From an uncultured Candidatus Kuenenia sp. (GTDB lineage Bacteria; Planctomycetota; Planctomycetia; Pirellulales; UBA1268): 40,153 nucleotides of DNA. Where the stretch lies: positions 1 through 40,153 of the forward strand of contig CAZXIG010000001.1 of assembly GCA_964640405.1 (NCBI GenBank), written 5' to 3'. The first letter of the stretch is position 1, and each line of letters opens with the position of its first letter. The notes under the pieces were generated by a model. It worked only from the letters and a program-made list of their open reading frames with translations. It did not search any database and was not told the origin of the DNA. A program made the position numbers and the translations under genes. Below, in pieces: positions 33,853-40,153 of this stretch.

Positions 33853-36800
33853 GCGCCGACCTGACGGATCGAGATGGCGAGGGAGTGGCCGTCGATGTCG
33901 ATCGGCTCCGCGGCCGCTGCGGCGAGCGGCGTGCAGACCGCCCGGGTGGCCAGCGTTTCGGCGGCCACGTAATCGAGGTGCTTCTCGAGCGCCGCTCGCA
34001 GTTCGGGCGAGTCGGTCGCGAACTCGAGCTCGATCCGCGCGGTGAAGTCGAGGTCGAGCGTTTTCCGCTCCGACTGCACGGCATGCACGACCTCGCGGAC
34101 GAGCCCCTCGGCGACGAGCTCGGGCGTCAGCTGGCTGGCGACGACGACCACGGCCTGCGGGCTCTCGGCCGCCGCCCAGCCCTCCTTGGCCGTCGTGCGG
34201 ATGAGCACGTCGTCCTTCTCGATCACGGCCTCGCCTCCGCCCGGCAGCGGCAGCACAGCCTTGCCGTCGCGGGCAAGAGCGGCCAGAAGCGCCGAGGCAT
34301 CGGCCTTGGCCAGCGCATCGCGGGCTTTCGGCAGGTTCTTGCCCAGCTTGGGGCCGAGCTTCTTGAGGTCGGGCAGCACCTGCCGCGTAATGTAGCGATC
34401 CGGCTCGCGACAGATCTCGAATTGCTTGACGTTCAGCTCGTCGCAGACGAGGTCGGCGTGGGATTCGAGCCAGGCCGCGTCGGCGGGCGTGGCATCGGCG
34501 AGGATCACCTCCACCTTCGAGAGCGGCTGCCGCACCTTGAGCTTCTCCGCGGCGCGGGCCGCCCGGCCGAGCGACGAGACGTCGCGGACGACCGCCATCC
34601 GCCGCACGAGGTCGGCATCGACGAGGGCCGGCTCGCCGACCGGATAGTCGGTGAGGTGCACGCTCTCGGGCACCTTCGCGCCGAAGGCCGCGACGGCGAG
34701 GTTCCGCCAGATCGCCTCGGTCACGAACGGCACGAACGGCGCCGCCAGCTTCGAGATCGTGAGCAGCGTCTCGTAGAGCGTCCAGTAAGCGTCGAGCTTC
34801 TCCGCGTTGCCCTCGGGCCCCGTGTCCGCCTTGCCGGCGGCCCAGAACCGGTCGCGGCTGCGGCGGACGAACCAGTTGCTCACCGCCTCCACGAGCGCCG
34901 AGAGCCGGCCGGCCGCGCCGAAGTGGTCGTAGCGGTCGAGCCGCTCCACCATTTCCGCCGCCGTGGCGTTGAGCTCCGAGAGCATCCAGCGGTCGAGTTC
35001 GCCGCGTTCGGCCACGGGCCGCCAGCCGCGGGCCCGCGCGAGGTCGGCATGAGCGAGGCTGCCCGGGGCGTCGAGCAGGGCCGCGGGATCAAAGCCGTCG
35101 ATCCGGGCGTAGATCACGAAGAACGAGTAGACGTTCCAGAGCCGCAGCAGAAACTCGGGCACGCTCTCGCGGATCGACCGTTCGCTGTAGCGGATGCTCG
35201 TCCAGGGGGCCTGACCGGCGAGGAAGAACCACCGCAGGGCATCGGCGCCATAGGTGTCGAAGATGACCGCCGGCTCCTTGTAGTTGCGGCGGCTCTTGCT
35301 CATCTTCTGCCCGTCCTCGCCGAGCATGTGGCCGAGCACGATGCAGGTCTTGAACGGGTGGGGGTAGGGGCGGCTCGCCGCGCCGGACTCACCGAACAGG
35401 AGCGTGCTGATCGCGAGTTGGCTGTAGAACCAGCCCCGCGTCTGGTCGATCGCCTCCGAGATGAAGTCGGCCGGGAACTGCCGCTCGAACTCGTCGTGCC
35501 CCCGATGCGGCCAGCCCCACTGGGCGAATGGCATCGCGCCCGAGTCGAACCAGCAGTCGATCACCTCGGACACCCGCCGCATCCGGGCCCCAGGTGAAAA
35601 CGGCGAGTCGTAGGTGACGGCGTCGATATAGGGCTTGTGCACCTTCAGGTCGTCGGACAGCTGCGGGTTCGCCGCCTTCGCTTTGTCGAACACCTCGGTG
35701 CCCTGCACGCCCGGCTTGGCGAGGAGCGCGGCGTAGGAGGGCACGGCCTCCGCCTTTCCCGTGGCCTCGCACTTCCAGATCGGCAGCGGCGTGCCCCAGT
35801 AGCGCTCGCGGGAGAGGGCCCAGTCGACGTTGGTCTCGAGGAAGTTGCCGAACCGGCCGTCCTTGATGTGGTCGGGCAGCCAGTTGATCCGGGAGTTGTT
35901 GGCCAGCATCTGTTCGCGGAACTGGCTCGTGCGGATGAACCAGCTCTGCCGCGGATACTGGATCAGCGGATCGTTGTCGGCCCGCCAGCAGAACGGGTAG
36001 TCGTGGACGTATTGCTCCTGGTGGACGAGCAGGCCGCGGGCCTTGATGTCGCGGGTGATGTCGCGGTCGCACTCCTTCACGAACCGCCCGCTCCCCATCG
36101 GGAAGGCGTCGGTGAACGTGCCATCGGGGGCAACGCAGTTGATGAGCCGCGGGCCTGCGCCCGATCCAAACCGGGCCTGCTCGGCGACGAGCACGCCGTA
36201 GTCGACCTCGCCGAAGGCCGGGGCGATGTGCACGATGCCGGTGCCGGAGTCGGTGGTCACGAAGTCGGCGGCCACGACCCGCCAGGCGACGGGCTCGGTG
36301 CCGCCCGCGGCGAGGGGTGCGGTGGCGGGGGGGCCGGCGGGCCGGAACGTGTCGAACGGCGGCAGGTAGCTGCGGCCGACGAGATCGGAGCCCTTCAGCC
36401 GCTCGACCACGGCGAACGTCTTCTTGAGCTTCTCGCCGAGGGCCGCCGCGAGCGGCTCGGCCACGATGAGCTCCGCCTCGCCTGCCTCACGGAGGACGAC
36501 GTACTCGAGATCGGGCTTCACCGCGGCGAACTGGTTGGAGGGGAGCGTCCACGGCGTCGTCGTCCACGCCACGAGGCTGCGGGACGTCGGACGGCCGGTC
36601 TCGTCGAGCAGCGGAAACGCGACGTAGACGCTCGGGTCGGCCACCTCCTTGTAGCCCTGGCCCACCTCGCCGCTGGAGAGCGCGGTGCCCCCCTGGGCCC
36701 ACCACCACACGATCTTGTGCCCCTCGTAGAGCAGGCCCTTGTCGAACAGTTCCGCCAGCGCCCACCAGACGCTCTCCACGAAGCTCTGGTGGTAGGTGAC

Positions 36801-37244
36801 GTAGGCGGCGGAGAGGTCGATCCAGAAGCCGATCCGCTCCGTGAGCGTCTCCCACTCCTTCATGTAGCGCCAGACGCTCTCCTGGCACTTGTGGATGAAG
36901 GGCTCGACGCCATAGGCCTCGATCTCGGCCTTGGAGTGGATGCCGAGTTCCTTGCAGACCTCCACCTCGACGGGCAGACCGTGGGTGTCCCAGCCCGCCT
37001 TCCGCTCGCAGAACTCTCCCCGCATCGTGCGATAGCGGGGGTAGAGATCCTTGATCGTCCGCGTGAGGCAGTGGCCTGGGTGGGGCATCCCGTTGGCCGT
37101 CGGCGGGCCTTCGAAGAACACGAACCGCCGCGCATCCCGCCGCCGGTCGAGCGACTTGGCATAGATGCCGCCGTCGCGCCAGAAGGCGGCGATCGAGGCT
37201 TCGAGGGCGGGAAAGTCGGGCTTGCCGCGGACGGGTTCGAACAT
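33849..37244 (-). CDS. ileS: Isoleucine--tRNA ligase
   Basis: 1131 aa from the ATG at 37244. HIGH-type motif [19 protein letters not shown] motif ([11 protein letters not shown]), and a CP1 editing-domain region ([10 protein letters not shown]). The track ORF extension to 37511 is unsupported. Confidence 0.97.
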   Translation of the reverse strand: MFEPVRGKPDFPALEASIAAFWRDGGIYAKSLDRRRDARRFVFFEGPPTANGMPHPGHCLTRTIKDLYPRYRTMRGEFCERKAGWDTHGLPVEVEVCKELGIHSKAEIEAYGVEPFIHKCQESVWRYMKEWETLTERIGFWIDLSAAYVTYHQSFVESVWWALAELFDKGLLYEGHKIVWWWAQGGTALSSGEVGQGYKEVADPSVYVAFPLLDETGRPTSRSLVAWTTTPWTLPSNQFAAVKPDLEYVVLREAGEAELIVAEPLAAALGEKLKKTFAVVERLKGSDLVGRSYLPPFDTFRPAGPPATAPLAAGGTEPVAWRVVAADFVTTDSGTGIVHIAPAFGEVDYGVLVAEQARFGSGAGPRLINCVAPDGTFTDAFPMGSGRFVKECDRDITRDIKARGLLVHQEQYVHDYPFCWRADNDPLIQYPRQSWFIRTSQFREQMLANNSRINWLPDHIKDGRFGNFLETNVDWALSRERYWGTPLPIWKCEATGKAEAVPSYAALLAKPGVQGTEVFDKAKAANPQLSDDLKVHKPYIDAVTYDSPFSPGARMRRVSEVIDCWFDSGAMPFAQWGWPHRGHDEFERQFPADFISEAIDQTRGWFYSQLAISTLLFGESGAASRPYPHPFKTCIVLGHMLGEDGQKMSKSRRNYKEPAVIFDTYGADALRWFFLAGQAPWTSIRYSERSIRESVPEFLLRLWNVYSFFVIYARIDGFDPAALLDAPGSLAHADLARARGWRPVAERGELDRWMLSELNATAAEMVERLDRYDHFGAAGRLSALVEAVSNWFVRRSRDRFWAAGKADTGPEGNAEKLDAYWTLYETLLTISKLAAPFVPFVTEAIWRNLAVAAFGAKVPESVHLTDYPVGEPALVDADLVRRMAVVRDVSSLGRAARAAEKLKVRQPLSKVEVILADATPADAAWLESHADLVCDELNVKQFEICREPDRYITRQVLPDLKKLGPKLGKNLPKARDALAKADASALLAALARDGKAVLPLPGGGEAVIEKDDVLIRTTAKEGWAAAESPQAVVVVASQLTPELVAEGLVREVVHAVQSERKTLDLDFTARIELEFATDSPELRAALEKHLDYVAAETLATRAVCTPLAAAAAEPIDIDGHSLAISIRQVGA

Positions 37245-37341
37245 GGGAAATGGCCGGCTGGAGGCGGGATTCTGCCGGCAGATCGTACCCCGGCCCGCGG
37301 CATCGCCACAGGGGAGGTTACATTCCCCGCAGGAGGCTGCC

Positions 37342-39012
37342 ATGCGTCGAAACCATAGCCAGTGGCAAGTGCTCGGGCTCTTGATCGCGGGCGTGATCGC
37401 CGCGCGGGCCGCCGTCGCCCTCGAACCCGTGCGGCCGCCGAACATCGTCTGGCTCACGGCGGAGGACATGAGCCCGTGGATCAGGGCGTATGGCGATGCC
37501 ACGGTGCCCACGCCGCACCTCGACCGGCTCGCGAGCGAGGGGGTCGTCTACGACAACGCCTTCGCCACGTCGCCCGTCTGCGCGCCGGCGCGGTCAACGC
37601 TGATCACGGGCATGTTCTGCACGCGGATCGGCACGATGCACATGCGGAACAATCGAGCCTCCGCCGACATCCTGGCCTACGAGGGCCTGCCGCCCGCATT
37701 CGTGCGATGCTTTCCGGAGTGGCTGCGGGCAGCCGGCTACTACTGCACCAACAACGACAAGAAGGACTACCAGTTTCGGGAACCAGTCACGGTGTGGGAC
37801 GAGTCTGGCAATCGAGCCCACTGGCGGGGCCGAGCCGAGGGGCAGCCATTCTTCGCCGTCTTCAATTTTATGGGCACCCACGAAAGCCAGGCCTTCCCGG
37901 ATGCGAAACGGAGTCCGCAGAAGGTCGCAGCCGAGGCCGTGCCGCTGCCGCCGTTCTATCCCGACACGCCGCACGTGCGCGACGCCGTCGCCCGCACCTA
38001 CGACAACATCGCTGCCCTGGACGCCTGGGTCGGCGAGCGGATCGGCGAACTGGAGGCGGCCGGCCTGCTCGACGACACGGTGGTGATGTTCTTCAGCGAT
38101 CACGGCGTCGGCCTGCCCCGCGGCAAGCGTTCTTGCTTCGACACCGGCCTCCGCGTGCCGCTGATCGTGCGGCAGCCCGACGGCGTCGGCGCCGGCACCC
38201 GCAACGCCCGCGTGGTGAGCTTCGTCGACTTCGGCCCGTCGGTCTTGTCGCTCGCGGGGATCGAGCCCGACAGCCGGCTCGACGGCACACCGTTCCTGGG
38301 CCGCTTCGCGTGCGAGCGCGACGACTATCGCCGCGGCTACGCCTATGCCAACGCCGACCGTTTCGACGAGGTCTACGACCGCGCCCGCACGGTCTCGGAC
38401 GGCCGGTTCCGCTACACGAGGAACCTCTGCCCCGAGCTTCCCTACCTCATCCGCAACGCCTACCGCGAGCGGCTGCCGATGACGGCCGATCTTTACCGGC
38501 TCGAGCAGACCGGCCCCCAGCGGCCGGAGCAGAGGCAACTCGCTGCCGGACGGCGACCGGTCGAGGAGCTGTATGACTCGCAGAGCGATCCCTGGGAGGT
38601 CGAGAACCTGATCGATGCCCCCGAGCACCGCGAGCGGATCGCCCGGCTCCGCGAGCACCTCGACGCCTGGCTCGCCGCCACGGGCGACCTCGGCTTCGTG
38701 CTCCCAGAGAGCCGCCTCGTGCGCGAAAAGATCTGGCCGCCCGACGGCGTGCAGCCGACGACTCCCGCCGCCGAGATCACCGACCAGGCGGTGCAGCGCG
38801 GCGACTCGATGGCCTACGTCGTCTCGCTCGCCTGCGCCGACCCCGGCGCCTCCATCGGCTACCGCCTGAGCACCGAACGCCGCTATGCCGGCCCGTGGCA
38901 GGTGTACACCGGGCCGTTCGAGGTGCCGGCGAACCGCCGGTTCATCGAGGTGCAGACCCACCGCATCGGCCACGAGCCCACCACCACCGGCGCCTTCCTC
39001 GGCGGCGAGTGA
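37342..39012 (+). CDS. Secreted Cys-type sulfatase
   Basis: 556 aa from the ATG at 37342, with AGGAGG 5 nt upstream. Signal peptide. [13 protein letters not shown] ... [16 protein letters not shown], with Cys as the formylglycine precursor. Also [14 protein letters not shown]. The C-terminal ~90 aa is a beta-sandwich-like tail. Confidence 0.9.
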   Translation: MRRNHSQWQVLGLLIAGVIAARAAVALEPVRPPNIVWLTAEDMSPWIRAYGDATVPTPHLDRLASEGVVYDNAFATSPVCAPARSTLITGMFCTRIGTMHMRNNRASADILAYEGLPPAFVRCFPEWLRAAGYYCTNNDKKDYQFREPVTVWDESGNRAHWRGRAEGQPFFAVFNFMGTHESQAFPDAKRSPQKVAAEAVPLPPFYPDTPHVRDAVARTYDNIAALDAWVGERIGELEAAGLLDDTVVMFFSDHGVGLPRGKRSCFDTGLRVPLIVRQPDGVGAGTRNARVVSFVDFGPSVLSLAGIEPDSRLDGTPFLGRFACERDDYRRGYAYANADRFDEVYDRARTVSDGRFRYTRNLCPELPYLIRNAYRERLPMTADLYRLEQTGPQRPEQRQLAAGRRPVEELYDSQSDPWEVENLIDAPEHRERIARLREHLDAWLAATGDLGFVLPESRLVREKIWPPDGVQPTTPAAEITDQAVQRGDSMAYVVSLACADPGASIGYRLSTERRYAGPWQVYTGPFEVPANRRFIEVQTHRIGHEPTTTGAFLGGE

Positions 39013-39033
39013 CGGGCGAGATGAAGACCCAAC

Positions 39034-39087
39034 AAGCCCCCGGCGGGAGCCGGGGGATCCCCGGGCTTCCACCCGGGGCTTTGTGGG
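39034..39087 (+). repeat. Double-hairpin palindromic repeat, copy 2
   Basis: AAGCCCCCGGCGGGAGCCGGGGGATCCCCGGGCTTCCACCCGGGGCTTTGTGGG. It begins 21 nt after the sulfatase stop and ends about 30 nt before the convergent phosphorylase stop. It differs from copy 1 by one base in the second stem and in the T-run. Confidence 0.85.
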
Positions 39088-39117
39088 AACAGCGCGCGGA
39101 TCGAGTGTGAGCCGGTA

Positions 39118-39948
39118 TCAGGCCCTGCCGGCGTCGCGGACGGCGGCCGTGATAATCGCCCGCAGCTTGGGCTCCGCCGACCGGGCGACCGCCAGGATCG
39201 CCTCGACCGTGGCTACCTCGAGGGCGTCGGGCAGGCACATGTCGGTGATCACGGAGACGCCGAGCACCTTCATGCCAGCATGAACCGCAACGATCACCTC
39301 CGGCACCGTCGACATGCCCACGACGTCGGCCCCGATCGTCCGCAGGAAGCGATACTCGGCCCGCGTCTCCAGGTTCGGTCCCGTCACGGCAACGTAGACG
39401 CCGCGGTGGGCCGTGAAGTTCTCGCGGCGGGCGACGGCGAGCGCGGCGTCGATGAGGTGCGGCGTGTAGGGCGCCGACATGTCGGGGAACCGCGGCCCGA
39501 GCCGGTCGTCGTTGATCCCGATGAGCGGGTTGTCGTTCATCAGGTTGATGTGGTCGTCGATCACCATCAGGTCGCCCGTGCGGAACTGCGGATTCAGACC
39601 GCCGCAGGCGTTGGTCACGATGAGCAGGTCGGCTCCCAGCCGCTTCATCACGCGGACCGGAAACGTGATCTGGGCGAGCGGATAGCCCTCGTAGGCGTGC
39701 ATCCGCCCCTCCATCACGATCGCGGGCACGCCGTCGAGCAGGCCGCAGACGAGCTGGCCGGCATGGCCGTGGGCGGTCGAGCGGGCGAAGTGGGGGATCG
39801 TGTCGTAGGGGATCGTCACCGTCTCGGTGAGGGCGGCGGCCGCGGCGCCGAGGCCGCTGCCGAGGATGATCGCCACCTTGGGCTTGTGGGCCCACCTGCC
39901 GGAGATGAACGTGCAGGCTTCCGTGATCTTGTCGAATTGGTCGAGCAT
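39118..39948 (-). CDS. punA: Purine nucleoside phosphorylase (trimeric PNP/MTAP-type)
   Basis: 276 aa. ILGSGLG, HGHAGQLVCG, IVMEGRMHAYEGY, LIVTNACGGLN, GPNLETRAEYRFLRTIGADVVGMSTVPEV. Confidence 0.93.
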   Translation of the reverse strand: MLDQFDKITEACTFISGRWAHKPKVAIILGSGLGAAAAALTETVTIPYDTIPHFARSTAHGHAGQLVCGLLDGVPAIVMEGRMHAYEGYPLAQITFPVRVMKRLGADLLIVTNACGGLNPQFRTGDLMVIDDHINLMNDNPLIGINDDRLGPRFPDMSAPYTPHLIDAALAVARRENFTAHRGVYVAVTGPNLETRAEYRFLRTIGADVVGMSTVPEVIVAVHAGMKVLGVSVITDMCLPDALEVATVEAILAVARSAEPKLRAIITAAVRDAGRA

Positions 39949-40013
39949 GCGTGCTCTCGGGAGGAGAAATGCCGGGCCGGCATCATACCCGACAACGGCC
40001 GCTCGGATTCTTC

Positions 40014-40065
40014 AAAAGCCCCGGGCGGAAGCCCGGGGATGGTCCCCCGACTCCCGCCGGGGGCG
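40014..40065 (-). repeat. Double-hairpin palindromic repeat, copy 3 (inverted relative to copies 1 and 2)
   Basis: The minus strand reads GCCCCCGGCGGGAGTCGGGGGACCATCCCCGGGCTTCCGCCCGGGGCTTTT. It is the same element with a C-to-T change in stem 1 and a small insertion at the centre. It begins about 43 nt after the stop of the partial minus-strand CDS. Confidence 0.8.
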
Positions 40066-40107
40066 TCCCGGATCATGATCAGACACGACGAGCGTTCCGA
40101 CCCGCGC

Positions 40108-40153
40108 TCAGTCGGTGTCGAGCAACGCCTTGAAATCCGGATGGTCGCGGAGC
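40108..40153 (-). CDS. 3' end of an unidentified CDS running off the window
   Basis: Only 14 codons are visible (..RDHPDFKALLDTD, stop TGA at 40110-40108). Third positions are GC-rich, and repeat copy 3 follows in terminator orientation. No identity can be assigned. Confidence 0.3.
   Translation of the reverse strand, partial: LRDHPDFKALLDTD

Noticed and set aside
37245-37341. Possible T-box or other leader upstream of ileS
   Set aside because: Only 97 nt separate ileS from the divergent sulfatase gene. I see no specifier-loop or T-box consensus, and the space is too small for such a leader plus two promoters.

Overview
This is a very GC-rich ~40 kb chromosomal window. I did not compute the GC content. 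I infer a Planctomycetota-type genome from the gene content: Cys-type sulfatases, DUF1080 fusions, a PF07638-like ECF sigma factor next to a Ser/Thr-kinase-WD40 protein, and a Planctomycetes-Verrucomicrobia style microcompartment operon. I can support 35 CDS, one of them partial. I see no rRNA, tRNA, CRISPR array, transposase or integrase. Layout: (i) 78-6766, minus strand: comM, PAP2 phosphatase, CheY-like receiver, dnaG, rpoD. (ii) 6911-15264, plus strand: a secreted-enzyme operon (CE15-like esterase-DUF1080, S46 peptidase, TlpA-like thioredoxin, DUF1080-sulfatase-CBM) followed by an HD protein. (iii) 15314-16724: two unknown proteins. (iv) 16729-20688: a divergent ECF sigma / membrane Ser-Thr kinase pair, the kinase carrying 14 WD40 repeats. 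(v) 20804-29836, minus strand: a complete 12-gene bacterial microcompartment (BMC) operon. (vi) 30037-40153: DAACS transporter, membrane protein, Uma2 nuclease, DinB, purN, ileS, a second sulfatase, a purine nucleoside phosphorylase and a partial CDS. The BMC operon stands out. It encodes a DeoR regulator, PduL, two BMC-H, AckA, three BMC-P, an acylating aldehyde dehydrogenase, a class II aldolase and an LDH/MDH-family dehydrogenase. By gene content and order it matches the known PVM-type fucose/rhamnose metabolosome, so the system itself is not new. The parts that still look unexplained are a 258-aa unknown protein with an encapsulation-peptide-like N-terminus, an Arg at the LDH/MDH specificity position, and long untranslated spacers inside the operon. 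A second unexplained signal is a ~52-bp double-hairpin palindromic repeat present three times, each just after a stop codon. Many long ORFs in the six-frame track run antisense to recognisable genes and are high-GC artefacts.
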